Shown here in pieces: positions 1-12,282 of a DNA stretch of 64,000 bases. Both the position numbers and the translations under genes were made by a program. Location of the stretch: the NCBI GenBank assembly GCA_052035095.1, contig JBPOHW010000007.1:65705-129704 (forward strand), given 5' to 3'. Below the pieces are notes generated by a model. The model searched no databases, was not told the DNA's origin, and saw only the letters and a program-made list of their open reading frames with translations. Each line of letters opens with the position of its first letter. Within the stretch, counting starts at the first letter, position 1. Source of the stretch: Candidatus Moraniibacteriota bacterium. GTDB taxonomy: Bacteria > Patescibacteriota > Minisyncoccia > Moranbacterales > UBA1568.

Positions 1-118
1 AAAGTATCTTAGACTGCTCAAATCCCTAAGAAAGGACTCCTGTCCTTTTTTTGGTGTACTCGCGCATTTAATCATTATCAACGAGAGGCGCGCTCGTTGG
101 AAACGTGAACCGATACAT

Positions 119-1474
119 ATGTCTCTCAAAAAAACCTTAAGTTCCCTCTTGGACGAAACCCTCGCCCTCCACAAAAAACCCAAGACCGGAGATGTGGACG
201 ATCAAACAAAGGATAAAGAAGAAGCGCCGAAGAAGAAAAGAACGAGCGTGAAAAAGTCGGCGACAACCGAGACAAGTAAGGCTGAAGAAAAACTCCCCAA
301 AGAAGCATCTTCGCAAGAAGAAACAGTCGAAAAACAACCGATCCTCAAGAAAAAATCCCCGAAAGTGGCAGTCGAAGCGGAACCGATAGACGATTCCGAG
401 ATGGGTCGCCTCCTCGCGGAGCACCCGATCGAAGTACCCAAAGTGGGCGACGTCCTCCAAGGAACCGTCATCGAAGTCGGCTCCAATTTCGCGCTCATCG
501 ACCTGGGACCCCTGGGAACCGGTACCGTCCTCGGCAAAGAAATGAAAGACGGCATGGCGGGCGGCATCAAGGTCAAGAAAGGCGAAACCGTGAGTGCGAC
601 CCTCATCGAGCTCGAAAATGACGACGGCGTGATCGAACTCTCCATCCGCGAGGCTTCCTATGACAAGTCATGGGAAGATATCCAGATGAAGCTCGAGAAG
701 AAAGAAGTTGTTTCCACGAAAATCCTCGAAGCCAACAAGGGCGGACTCATGATTGAGGTGAACGGAATACCGGGCTTCCTCCCGGTGTCCCAATTGGGGA
801 GCGAGCACTACCCGCGCGTCGAGGATGGCGACAAGAACAAAATCCTCGAACTCCTGAAACGGCTCATCGGTCAGGAGCTCCACGTCCGCATCCTGGACGC
901 CGATCGCGTCAATGAGAAGCTCATCGTAAGCGAAAAAGCGGCGAGAAGCGAAAAAGAACGCGCCGCTATCTCATCTCTCCATGTGGGCGATATCATTTCC
1001 GGCGAAGTAAGCGGCGTCGTCGACTTTGGCGCCTTCGTCAAATTCCCCATTCCCGACAATGAGAAAGAGCGTGTCGAGGGCTTGGTGCACATTTCCGAAC
1101 TCGCCTGGCAACTCATCGACGATCCGCGCACGGTGGTCCGAACCGGCGACCATGTGGACGCCAAGGTGATCGGTATCGAGGACACGCGCATTTCGCTTTC
1201 CATGAAGGCGCTCAAAGATGACCCGTGGATGAATATCGACGGGAAGTACAAAATAGGCGACACGGTAGATGGGAAAGTGGACAAAATCAACCATTTCGGC
1301 GCCTTCGTCTACCTCGACAAGGACATTCACGGCCTCTCCTACGTGAGCGAATTCCAAAATCTCTATCCGGGACGCAAAATGGAAGAAATTTTCCAAGTCG
1401 GCACCTCCTACAAATGGAAAATCCTCTCCATGGAACCCAAAAGCCACCGCATGGGACTTTTGCCTATAAAATAA
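119..1474 (+). CDS. rpsA: 30S ribosomal protein S1 (multi-S1-domain RNA-binding protein) with K/E-rich N-terminal extension
   Basis: 451-aa ORF with about four repeated S1/OB motifs (GDVLQGTV.., GDIISGEVSGVVDFGAFV, GDTVDGKVDKINHFGAFV); rho-independent terminator just downstream. Confidence 0.8.
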   Translation: MSLKKTLSSLLDETLALHKKPKTGDVDDQTKDKEEAPKKKRTSVKKSATTETSKAEEKLPKEASSQEETVEKQPILKKKSPKVAVEAEPIDDSEMGRLLAEHPIEVPKVGDVLQGTVIEVGSNFALIDLGPLGTGTVLGKEMKDGMAGGIKVKKGETVSATLIELENDDGVIELSIREASYDKSWEDIQMKLEKKEVVSTKILEANKGGLMIEVNGIPGFLPVSQLGSEHYPRVEDGDKNKILELLKRLIGQELHVRILDADRVNEKLIVSEKAARSEKERAAISSLHVGDIISGEVSGVVDFGAFVKFPIPDNEKERVEGLVHISELAWQLIDDPRTVVRTGDHVDAKVIGIEDTRISLSMKALKDDPWMNIDGKYKIGDTVDGKVDKINHFGAFVYLDKDIHGLSYVSEFQNLYPGRKMEEIFQVGTSYKWKILSMEPKSHRMGLLPIK

Positions 1475-1493
1475 AGACCGTATCCTTCTCAAG

Positions 1494-1528
1494 AAACAGC
1501 CCAACCAAAAGGGGCTGTTTTCTTTTCC
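1494..1528 (+). terminator. rho-independent terminator after rpsA
   Basis: hairpin acagccc..ggggctgt followed by T-run. Confidence 0.6.
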
Positions 1529-1851
1529 AAAAGACCTTGCCAAAAACAAGAAGCGCCACTATTATAAATAATGTCAATATGGGAAATGACCCTCTTGATA
1601 CCTACTCAACCCAAGGAGAACCCCCATGAGAGACCCGACCTGGGGCAATCAAAAAGACCCTACCGACATCTGACACCCCACCATACGTCAGGAGTGGTAG
1701 AATCCGCACAATCTCAACCCCACAAGAACAGCGCTTCTTGTGGGTTAATCTTTTACAAAGAGAATATGCAAAAATGGATCGCAATGCAATCCGAAAGATT
1801 GCATTTCTTACTGTTCCCAAGCCACAAACGACAATTTTCTTTAACAGGGCA

Positions 1852-1880
1852 TTGACAAGAATCCAATGATATGCTAAGTT
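1852..1880 (+). promoter_or_regulatory. sigma70-like promoter (TTGACA-17-TAAGTT)
   Basis: TTGACA at 1852-1857, 17-nt spacer, TAAGTT at 1875-1880, in ORF-free region upstream of small ORF. Confidence 0.35.
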
Positions 1881-2011
1881 GCTCACTGTCGACTTGATTT
1901 TAAGTCTTTTTTAGGTCGACACATCGGCTCTTTGTTTTCGGAATTTTCGAAAGTATATCCGAAGCAAAAGCCTTCCTGAATATGGCCAACCCTCAAAAGG
2001 AGGAATGTGCC

Positions 2012-2140
2012 ATGAAGAAGTTCATGAAAAATACGATGACCGCCAGCTTCGGCCGCCAAGTGAACGACGCGCCGATCCCGGCCAATCAGAACTTGGAATT
2101 GATCGACGACGGCGCCGGCGCCAACCTGGCCGCCAGCTAG
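2012..2140 (+). CDS. small ORF (42 aa), hypothetical peptide MKKFMKNTMTASFGRQVNDAPIPANQNLELIDDGAGANLAAS
   Basis: ATG 8 nt downstream of strong RBS AAAGGAGG; below ORF-track size cutoff; no recognisable family. Confidence 0.3.
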   Translation: MKKFMKNTMTASFGRQVNDAPIPANQNLELIDDGAGANLAAS

Positions 2141-2149
2141 CAAAACGAC

Positions 2150-2723
2150 ACCGGGGATAAAATCCCCACGCTAGCTCGGCATGCCAAGGTGTCCCTGGAG
2201 GAGTTTCCCGTTCTGTATGTGGGAAGCAGTGATACCTGGGGACGCCGAGAAGTGAGTTGCATCGCTTTGTCGGCGTGAGCTCGTTCGCTCACACAAAGCA
2301 TGTGCGGCATCGCCACATCCCTCGGGCAGATATTCTCTGTCGCATTCCCGAAGAGTGGCGAAAATGGTCCCGCAAGCACGCTTATTCCGCCTATTTCATA
2401 GCACGAGAACAAGCCCTTGTGGATCCCATCAACCCGCGGTAGGAGCCAAAGTCTCCCCGCACCCGCGCCTGATCGCAGGCGTTCCGCCCAAAGCATGATG
2501 ATGCGAAGGCGCGGTCGACCTAGCCAAAAAAAGGAGGGTAGGTTATGAAGGTCGTAACGGAAAACGCGTAGGTGGTAAACGGCGAGTCCACGCTCGCGTT
2601 CGGTAAATCTCGTCCAGTGATTTTGCAACAACCGTTATAGACGAGACAAGGAAGATTCGCGAACGCGAGTTAAGAGATAGTAACCCTCCGGAAAGGCAAT
2701 AAGCCAATCCGGAGTTTTTTTTA
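2150..2723 (+). ncRNA. candidate structured non-coding RNA (about 570 nt, ORF-free, ends in strong intrinsic terminator)
   Basis: no credible ORF on either strand (only shadow ORFs); hairpin ctccggaaaggcaataagccaatccggag + T8 at 2686-2723; GC-rich helices; identity unresolved. Confidence 0.3.
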
Positions 2724-2771
2724 TTTCCCCAAATCCTTGCTCCCGCGCCCAAAGCGCGCTAGCATACGACT

Positions 2772-3326
2772 ATGAAGTCACCGCTTTTCATCATTTCCGG
2801 TCCATCGGGATCCGGGCAGGATTCGGTCATCGAGGGGCTTGCGAAGCGCCTCCCGATCGAGCGCGTCATCACCACGACGACGCGACCCCTACGAGAAGGC
2901 GAATCCGACGGGCATCCGTACCATTTCATCTCGCAAGAAACCTTTGAACAAGGTCTGCAAAAAGGCACTTTCCTCGAACACGCCCGCCACTATGGTGGCG
3001 AATACTACGGCGTCACCCGTGAGGAAATCGATCGCGTCCGAAAAAGCGGCAAAATCGGCATCTGGAAAGTCGACTGGCAGGGTGTCGCGAATATCAAGAA
3101 ACTTTTCCCTGAGACTCGTGCCATCCTCATCACCGCCCCCCTCGACGTCCTCGAAGCGCGCCTGCGCCGCCGCGACCCCCACCGCTCCGAAGCTTCGCTC
3201 CAAGAACGCATGGCGTATTCCAAAGAATACCAAAACCACACCGATCTCTACGACTTCGTCATTGAAAATGAAGATGAAAAGCTCGATGAAGCTATCCGGA
3301 AGGTATTTGAAATTATACAAAAATAG
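2772..3326 (+). CDS. gmk: guanylate kinase
   Basis: P-loop GPSGSGQDS at N-terminus, 184 aa, typical Gmk length and motifs. Confidence 0.85.
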   Translation: MKSPLFIISGPSGSGQDSVIEGLAKRLPIERVITTTTRPLREGESDGHPYHFISQETFEQGLQKGTFLEHARHYGGEYYGVTREEIDRVRKSGKIGIWKVDWQGVANIKKLFPETRAILITAPLDVLEARLRRRDPHRSEASLQERMAYSKEYQNHTDLYDFVIENEDEKLDEAIRKVFEIIQK

Positions 3327-3467
3327 AAACGGCGCCACCGATATTTCTCACTCTCTGTCTCGCAGAGGAGGTCAAGAAAAAAGAATTTTTCGAACGTTTG
3401 CTGCACTGAGCATGTGAGAAAAATTCTTTTTTCTTGACCGACGTCCCAACCAAGCACGTGAAATTCA

Positions 3468-4457
3468 ATGCCCCATCCAATGTCCGCTTTCCTCAAAAAT
3501 ATCGAAAATTTCGCCCACCGCTTCCATCTCTGGGAGCGCGGTGACAAAATCCTTGTTGCCGTCTCGGGCGGTCCGGACAGTTTGTGTCTCCTAGAGGCAC
3601 TTTTTTGTCTTTCGAAAAAATATGACTGGACGCTTCACATCGCGCACGTAAACTACCGACTCCGCGGACAAGATTCCGACGCCGACGAAACCCTCGTCCG
3701 AGAACGAGCGGGGTTCTACCATATTCCTCTCTCAATCCTTCGACCAAAAAAGCCAAAAGAAAACCAAAATCTCGAATCACGCTTTCGCACCATTCGCTAC
3801 GAGTTCTTCGAAAAACAGCGAAAGAAGCTGGGGTATACATCCGTCGCCGTCGCCCACACCCGAGATGATCAGGCGGAAACCATTCTTCTGCGTCTCCTCC
3901 GCGGCGCGGGACTCCGCGGACTCAGCGCAATGCGCCCCAAAGACGGCGTAATTATCCGTCCCCTCCTTCTCACGCCAAAAACTGACATTCTCGCGTATCT
4001 CAAAGAAAAGAATCTCCCCTTTCGCACCGACGAAAGCAATACCGACCCACGCTTCACCCGAAACCGCATCCGCCACGACCTCCTCCCTCTGCTCGAAACC
4101 TTTAATCCCAATATCCGAGAAACACTCGCCGCAAACGCACTCTCCCTCGCCGATGACGCTGACGCTCTCGCGCTTTTTCTCAAACAAGCTATTTCAAATA
4201 TCACGCAAGAAAAAACGGGATACTCTCTCAACGCGAAAACATTCAATACTCTTCACCCCGCCATCCAGCGCGCCCTCCTTCGTTCCATCGCCGAAGAATC
4301 CGGCACGTACCCTCAACCCCCCTCCTCCAGCGAAATAGAAGAAATGCGCAAACTGATCGGAAGCGCCAAGAACAAAGTGGCTACAAAGACCTTTCAAGGC
4401 TTGAAATTCACCCGAAGAGGTGCTACAGTGTCTGTGTCAAAAGAGAAGAATACATAG
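3468..4457 (+). CDS. tilS: tRNA(Ile)-lysidine synthetase TilS
   Basis: PP-loop motif SGGPDS (VAVSGGPDSLCLLE); classic tilS-(hpt)-ftsH gene order. Confidence 0.8.
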   Translation: MPHPMSAFLKNIENFAHRFHLWERGDKILVAVSGGPDSLCLLEALFCLSKKYDWTLHIAHVNYRLRGQDSDADETLVRERAGFYHIPLSILRPKKPKENQNLESRFRTIRYEFFEKQRKKLGYTSVAVAHTRDDQAETILLRLLRGAGLRGLSAMRPKDGVIIRPLLLTPKTDILAYLKEKNLPFRTDESNTDPRFTRNRIRHDLLPLLETFNPNIRETLAANALSLADDADALALFLKQAISNITQEKTGYSLNAKTFNTLHPAIQRALLRSIAEESGTYPQPPSSSEIEEMRKLIGSAKNKVATKTFQGLKFTRRGATVSVSKEKNT

Positions 4458-4509
4458 GGTGTATTTACGTTATTACAATTACATTGAAGACTTCTGTCGT
4501 GCACGCCGA

Positions 4510-4583
4510 GACTGCAAAAGATAATTTTTTTCAAGTTTGCTCCGATAGAGAGGAGCTTGTGAAAAAAATTATCTTTTGCAGTC
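4510..4583. repeat. 22-bp perfect inverted repeat (gactgcaaaagataattttttt / aaaaaaattatcttttgcagtc) with 30-nt loop
   Basis: read directly; lies in tilS-ftsH intergenic region where hpt is usually found. Confidence 0.7.
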
Positions 4584-4640
4584 AAGGCAACTCACAAGGT
4601 AGCAGAGACTGGGTAAGTTATAACTCATCAAGCCATTTTC

Positions 4641-6454
<1,814 letters not shown>

Positions 6455-6458
<4 letters not shown>

Positions 6459-7363
6459 AACAGCAACCCCTCGACATCTTCGCCCTCTTCAAAAAAGCGT
6501 CGGGTATGGTTTTTTCCCGACCCTTGTTCTTCGTTTTCGGCGCCTGTATAACGTTTCCAAAGCTCTTATTCGAAACGTTCCTCAATGAAAATGAGCGATT
6601 CGCCTCCTTACTCACATCACTTGAATCCGGAGCATCCATTTCTTTTTCCTCCGAACTCCTCGCGCTTCCCCTTTTCCTTTTGTTCGCAATCATTACCGGA
6701 TCATTCGGCATTGCATCGCTCATCCTCCTCGCCAATGCCATCGAAAAAAACTCGGCGACTCCCAAGGCAAAAATGACGGTCAACAGCCGCAAGACCGCCG
6801 GCGTTCTTAAGCTTGAGATCACACTCATCGCGCTCACCATACTTGCCGGTGTCATTCTCGCCCTTCCCGCAACCATTGCGATGGCACGAGGACTCGAAGG
6901 CCTCGCTCATGCGCTCTCACTTTCGGCACTGGGGCTCTTACTCTCCATCGCGCTCCTTTTCTTTTTTCTGCGCCAGTATGCCGCGATCTACGTGTCTCTC
7001 TCAAACATTTCCTTGAGCGCCGCCCTCGAAAACGCGTACCGCCTCTTCCGAACCCACATCAAGGAAACAGCTCTCATCAGTCTCGCCATTTTCAGTGTCG
7101 AAATTATCCTCACCCTCTCACTCCTTTTCACCGAAACTCTTCTCGGGTCATTTTTCAAAGAATGGTTTCTCGTCATTTCATACGGGTATTGGTTCATATG
7201 GACAATGAGTCTTCTGATATTCTCGTTCTTCGAAGCCTGGAACTGGACGGTATGGACACTTCTTTTTCGCGTGATCGCCCTCCCCAAGGAACCGGAACCT
7301 GTTTTGCAAAAATCTGAAACCGTGATACAACAAGAAAGTGCCATAGGTCTCGACAAGGCGTAG
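6455..7363 (+). CDS. hypothetical polytopic membrane protein, translationally coupled to ftsH (ATGA overlap)
   Basis: 302 aa, multiple hydrophobic segments, start overlaps ftsH stop. Confidence 0.5.
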
Positions 7364-7375
7364 TACTCAGAGAAC

Positions 7376-7450
7376 GGACGACTAGCTCAGTTGGTTAGAG
7401 CGTCACATTGACATTGTGAAGGTCACTGGTTCGAGTCCAGTGTCGTCCAC
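7376..7450 (+). tRNA. tRNA-Val (anticodon GAC)
   Basis: cloverleaf: acceptor GGACGAC/GTCGTCC, D arm AGCTCAGTTGGTTAGAGC, anticodon loop TTGACAT, T loop GGTTCGAGTCC; CCA not encoded. Confidence 0.85.
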
Positions 7451-7544
7451 CGGATAACAAATCAAAAAAGAGCGCCCCGATTATGCCATCGAGGAGGTCT
7501 CCAGTTCGAGCCTGAACAGACCCATCTCGAAAAAGTATCAAAAA

Positions 7545-7575
7545 AATCCTCCTTAACCGGGGGATTTTTTGAAAA
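7545..7575. terminator. intrinsic terminator hairpin (atcctcc..gggggat) flanked by A/T runs, possibly bidirectional
   Basis: read directly downstream of tRNA-Val and of the convergent minus-strand gene. Confidence 0.5.
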
Positions 7576-7637
7576 ACCGCTACAGAAAATTGAAGAACTT
7601 CTCAGAAAATGGTTTCAGACAAAAGCAAGATAGAAAT

Positions 7638-8744
7638 CTAATTGGAATACCCTGAAGGACCCTCGGGGGATGACGTTATCGAGCGAGTGGTAGTTCCGGA
7701 TCCCTGACTCCCCACTGTATGAGAGGTAATAACATCCGTTCCAACGCCAGCCCCATTAAAAACCGTTCCGACACTGTAGTCAATCATATTATTCGTGCCA
7801 TCAGAAACCGCTTCACCCAAACTCGATGTCACTGATCCCAGCCCAACCTTACTCAGGGTTTTTTGAACAAGGGAGTTCACGTACGATTGAATAACACCGG
7901 TAATCAGCTCTTCAGGGTTTTCCGCCACTGCAATTGCCATCGCCGGAAGTGTTTGAATGGTTGAAACAATATCTGAAATAGTTTGAGGAGGTGTCACGAC
8001 TATCCCCTGCGCGTTGGTCTGCGGCTTATATCCAGTTATTCCCGCCTGCGTCTCCGCAATCTTCGCATTCTTTTCCATTTCCTCGATATACTTTTCTTCC
8101 GTAAGGAGCGGGATGCCGCGCGGATTATTCTGCGGCTGCATAATCGCCGAGAAACACGCGTAGTCGCCCTTACTCAAGGCGTCCGAAGGATTGGGACATA
8201 CCTGATCGAGCGAATACTTCACCGCACTACCCTTGAGGTTATCCAATGTGTTTTTTCCTATATTTTGGAGATACTCAGGATAATTTTTTATGGTATTGTA
8301 TGAAGAAACGAGCGAATTCACAGAATTCAATCCCCCCGATGAAGCCGTATAATTTCCCCCTGAACCCTTGCCGCTAAACATTTTTGGAAAAAAGTCATTA
8401 AGAACCACATCCTCCGCTTTCTTTGAAGATTGCGTATAAATGAAGTCTCTCCAATCCTCAATAACCAACGACCCCTGCCCCCATGTCCCATTCACCATAC
8501 CAAGCACTTGCTCATTGATAACTTTCAGCGCTTCGTTTTTCACAACGCTCAACACTATACCCTTTATCTTATAGGACATTTCTTCGAGATAATAGAGCAT
8601 TTGATTGGCGTAAATCGACTCACCCCAATACCCCGCTCGAGCCGGAGACGGCACAAAGAAACTCGCCGCAAAAAATATCGCAAGAAAAACTCCGACCCGA
8701 AAATTTTTGTTTGACACGTGTTTCTTGTTTTTCACAAACGTCAA
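7638..8744 (-). CDS. secreted hypothetical protein with G/S/T-rich C-terminus
   Basis: N-terminal signal peptide (..LAIFFAASFFVPSPARA), no recognisable catalytic motif. Confidence 0.5.
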   Translation of the reverse strand: MTFVKNKKHVSNKNFRVGVFLAIFFAASFFVPSPARAGYWGESIYANQMLYYLEEMSYKIKGIVLSVVKNEALKVINEQVLGMVNGTWGQGSLVIEDWRDFIYTQSSKKAEDVVLNDFFPKMFSGKGSGGNYTASSGGLNSVNSLVSSYNTIKNYPEYLQNIGKNTLDNLKGSAVKYSLDQVCPNPSDALSKGDYACFSAIMQPQNNPRGIPLLTEEKYIEEMEKNAKIAETQAGITGYKPQTNAQGIVVTPPQTISDIVSTIQTLPAMAIAVAENPEELITGVIQSYVNSLVQKTLSKVGLGSVTSSLGEAVSDGTNNMIDYSVGTVFNGAGVGTDVITSHTVGSQGSGTTTRSITSSPEGPSGYSN

Positions 8745-8784
8745 CTAACGAAAAAATGATTCGCGTACTCTATCGTATGTTATA

Positions 8785-9876
8785 TTACGATCCCAGCTCC
8801 ACGGGAATTTCCTCGATACCGATCTCTTTCATATCCGCATCAACTTGCTTCGCGAAACTCGAAAGAGCGCTAAAAATACCCTGCATCTTTGAAAGAACAA
8901 CGACATTGGCGAGCGGATCCGTATCGGACGATTCCAGTTCTTCCGGAAGCGTCGAAGCATATTGGAAGAGTTGTATCGCTTTTTTGTGCGAATCAAGCAT
9001 ATTCTCCGGAACCTCAATCGCGCCCAATTCAAGGAGCGCTCGTTCACCCTTCTCAATTAAATCATCAAAGTACTGAGCATCTCCACTTTCAATCGAAGTC
9101 ATAATACCGCCCATCATATCTTCCACGAGCGCCTCCAGATCTTCTGGCTCAGTTATTGCCCCCGGCATATGGCTCGCCAAAACATACACCACTTTTGTCA
9201 CATACTCCAGCGTATCTTCTTTGATTTTTGATGCGCGCTCTTCTTTTGAGAGATCATCATACGCCTGCTTCTTTATCAAAATATCTTCATCATCAATTTC
9301 GGGAAGATCCACGGCGCCAACGTTTCTCGCACTGAGAAGTTCTTCAAGATTTTTCTGAATATCCTGCAAGGAAAGCGAAACATCCGCACCTTCTTCGGAA
9401 GACTGTTTGAGAATTTCCGCAATTTGCTCGGAAACTTGCTCGGTCAAATTATCTGTTTCCGCGTCATCTACTCCGCCAGCACCCTCCAAAGATGATGCTG
9501 CTTCAGAAAGGGCAACCTTGTCCGTCGAACCCACATGGCCACTGACATCCCCTTCGGAACCTTCAAGCGAAACTCGATCCCCCGGAGCCGAACGAAGCGG
9601 ATCATATCCGCTCCGCACCTCAGCTCCATCTCCATACCCATCACCATCGGTATCGTATTTCTGAGAATCGGTTCCATACAGCCTCTCTTCATCATCCGTC
9701 AGTCCATCCTGATCGACATCTTGAAAAATGTTTTTCCCCGAAAAGTTTTCCGCCGCAATTGAAAAAAAACCAAGCCCAGCAAGCATCAAAAAGAAAAAAA
9801 CAAGAACAGAAGTCCGAACCCTTCCCGCGTCGATCGTTCGAGAAAAAAACTTCTTCATACAAAAATCATTCCACAA
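8785..9876 (-). CDS. acidic membrane-anchored/secreted hypothetical protein with Asp-rich calcium-binding-like repeats
   Basis: N-terminal TM (VLVFFFLMLAGLGFF), DxDxDG-type motifs (DVDQDGLTDDEE, DTDGDGYGDG); likely true start MKKFF at 9858. Confidence 0.45.
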   Translation of the reverse strand: MWNDFCMKKFFSRTIDAGRVRTSVLVFFFLMLAGLGFFSIAAENFSGKNIFQDVDQDGLTDDEERLYGTDSQKYDTDGDGYGDGAEVRSGYDPLRSAPGDRVSLEGSEGDVSGHVGSTDKVALSEAASSLEGAGGVDDAETDNLTEQVSEQIAEILKQSSEEGADVSLSLQDIQKNLEELLSARNVGAVDLPEIDDEDILIKKQAYDDLSKEERASKIKEDTLEYVTKVVYVLASHMPGAITEPEDLEALVEDMMGGIMTSIESGDAQYFDDLIEKGERALLELGAIEVPENMLDSHKKAIQLFQYASTLPEELESSDTDPLANVVVLSKMQGIFSALSSFAKQVDADMKEIGIEEIPVELGS

Positions 9877-10611
9877 AAAACAATAGTTGCATTATACCAC
9901 ATTTTTTTTAAACGCAAGCATCTAAAAATTTCATTGGCAGGACTTCCTCACTTTGATGCAGTTCAAGGAAAAACCGAGCACCGGAACGAGGTGTATGCTG
10001 TGATACTCCGAATGAGGAACGGAGGTTTTGACGAAGAAATGCGCAAAGTGAGGAAGTCCTAATTGGAAGATAACAAAGGGAACGCGGGGAATTAGAGATC
10101 CTTAACACAAAGAAAACTCAGAAAACAAGCTGCGTAAAAAATAGGCTCGACAGATACATGTCCCGCGAGCACCTCAGAATTTCTTCACCTCAACGCAGTT
10201 TCATCAACTCAAACACTCTTAATTTGAATAAGAGAAAGTACCATTGAATAAATTAAACTCGTTTGAAAAATAATTTCTTCCTTGTACATCCATACCAGCA
10301 CACACCAATACTGCTTCACTTCAACTCTAATTAAATTAGAGCATCAAACTTTTTAGTTTCTCTGAAAATAATCCAAACTTCCTATTAAGTTCGAAATCAT
10401 TGCAAGGAGCGACACCTGTCCATATTGCCAGCTTATGAACAATGTCGTACTGCAAATAGAATGTCAGCTTAAGGAGCACTGACAAGAAGCATTTACTCAT
10501 TACTGGACTGAAAATCAAAACGAGCCTATAAATTTCCAAATAAAATCCGGCACATTTTTTCAAAAAAATATTTATACATAAAAAATGAAAAGTGCTTCGA
10601 TACAGCTAAAT

Positions 10612-12282
10612 TGTTTCACGTGAAACAATTTAAATAAAAAATCAGCAAAAACAAACGTAGCGACTCCCCTCACAAAGAAGAAAATAAACAGCATCACACG
10701 AACACGGGAAATTTTCAGCTACATCTGCAAAGAATCGCTTAGCCTCATTACGCCAAGTAGCCTGCAGTTCCATGTGGAACATTTTTATTACCGCCATTTC
10801 CACGTGGAACGTGTAAACAAGAAAAAAATAAAATAATTTCTAAAAATTAGAAATATCAATGCGCGCGAGGTATTGTAGGCTAAAAAAAAATTGTTCCACG
10901 TGAAATAAGTCAAGAACCGCCAAGACAATATGTTGAGCAAGGCCACAATCAAAAGGAAAGAAATTCCATCCTTCCTTATTTTTCATACCACTCTAAATAT
11001 AATATACTCCAAAATGTTCCACGTGGAGCATACTATTTAAAAAATTTTAAATTTTAGTAAAATTTGTTCCACATGAAACACTTAATTTAAAACAGCAAAG
11101 AAAAAGTCTCAATAGGGTGCTCTCCCTATAAACCACCCTCATCATCCTCACACGCAGAGACGCGCAGCATCCACACAAAAAGAATTTTTGACTACCAAAA
11201 AAGTACGGCTACTTGTAATAAATCAATATGCCCTACAAGTTAGCGTCAGTTCCACGCAGAACAATAAAATATCCCCGGAAAAAACTTAACTTGTTCCACG
11301 TGGAAAAATATTCTTCAAATACATGTTACTCGTGGAACACGTGTGTAAATTTCTCTAATTACTTAAAAACTTAAAAAGCATACCCTCCTTACTCTCTTAA
11401 AAACTATATACCGCGCACTATAAAACCGGACGAACAAATTCGACTCTTCGGCTTTCTTGGGAAGTTTTTAATAAAGTTAAAAGTATCGTTTCATAGTTTT
11501 TGTGGTATAAACTGACCGACCAAAAAACAGAAAAAGATAGGATAGGGAAAAATTTCTAAACCTTTCAATAAAAGGACTAAGTTTTATATCCCTTTCCACG
11601 TGGAACACGACATAGGCTCTGCATTCTATAGCAAAAAACATTAAAAAATTCCCACGTGGAACAATTGTTGTAGAGGGCATCAGTATAAAAATCGCTTCAG
11701 CTAACCTAAAAAATCCCAAGAAAGAATCGTCTTTCTTGAAAAAACCTTTGAGCAAGCACCCTCAACCACAAGAAATGCTTCACGTGGAACTTTTCTAAAT
11801 AAAGACAAACAATAAAAATGATCGGAAACGAAAATATAGGGGACATCTTTGCTTTGGTGCAATTTAAGGAGAACACAAAAAGCGCGATAAATGGCATTTC
11901 AAAAGCATCAAGCACTGTAACGGCGAATCATGCCAAAAGACCCTGCTTCAAAAAATGAGGTGCTCCTGTTCCACGTGGAAAATGATTTTCTCTACAGTGT
12001 TCCACGTGGAATAGTACTCGCTATATCTCCTTGGTTTTATCAAATGTTCTACGTGAAACATATGGAATATGCGGACAGGGAGGAACACCAAAAGCATCAG
12101 TACTTCTACCAAAGGCAGGTACCCGCTTAAAGGGTACGTTATCACCAGTAAAAAATACATTAAAAAAAGAAAAAACAACCCCGGGAGAGGTCAATTTGGA
12201 ATCAGCAATGTTCCACAAGGAACAATACCTAAAACCATTTTGGGGATTGTACACTCTCCCAAAAAATGTTCCACGTGAAAAT
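10612..12282. repeat. array of >=15 parS-like 16-bp palindromes (TGTTnCACGTGnAACA) in an AT-rich, ORF-free island
   Basis: sites at 10612 (perfect TGTTTCACGTGAAACA), 10766, 10796, 10892, 11015, 11064, 11292, 11592, 11648, 11776, 11967, 11998, 12045, 12209, 12267, plus degenerate half-sites at 11333 and 12435. Confidence 0.8.

Noticed and set aside
2150-2723. tmRNA identity for the ORF-free structured region (small ORF ends ..ANLAAS, reminiscent of ssrA tags)
   Set aside because: No tRNA-like 5' GGGG.. / 3' GGTTCGA..CCACCA ends could be found; tag-like ending is probably coincidental; left as unassigned candidate ncRNA
9937-10062. 12-bp inverted repeat caggacttcctc / gaggaagtcctg separated by about 100 nt
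   Set aside because: Short and isolated; insufficient to call a feature
10612-12282. Possibility that the CACGTG-palindrome array is a CRISPR array or plasmid iterons
   Set aside because: Repeats are 16-bp palindromes with irregular spacing and no cas genes; sequence matches canonical parS rather than direct-repeat iterons
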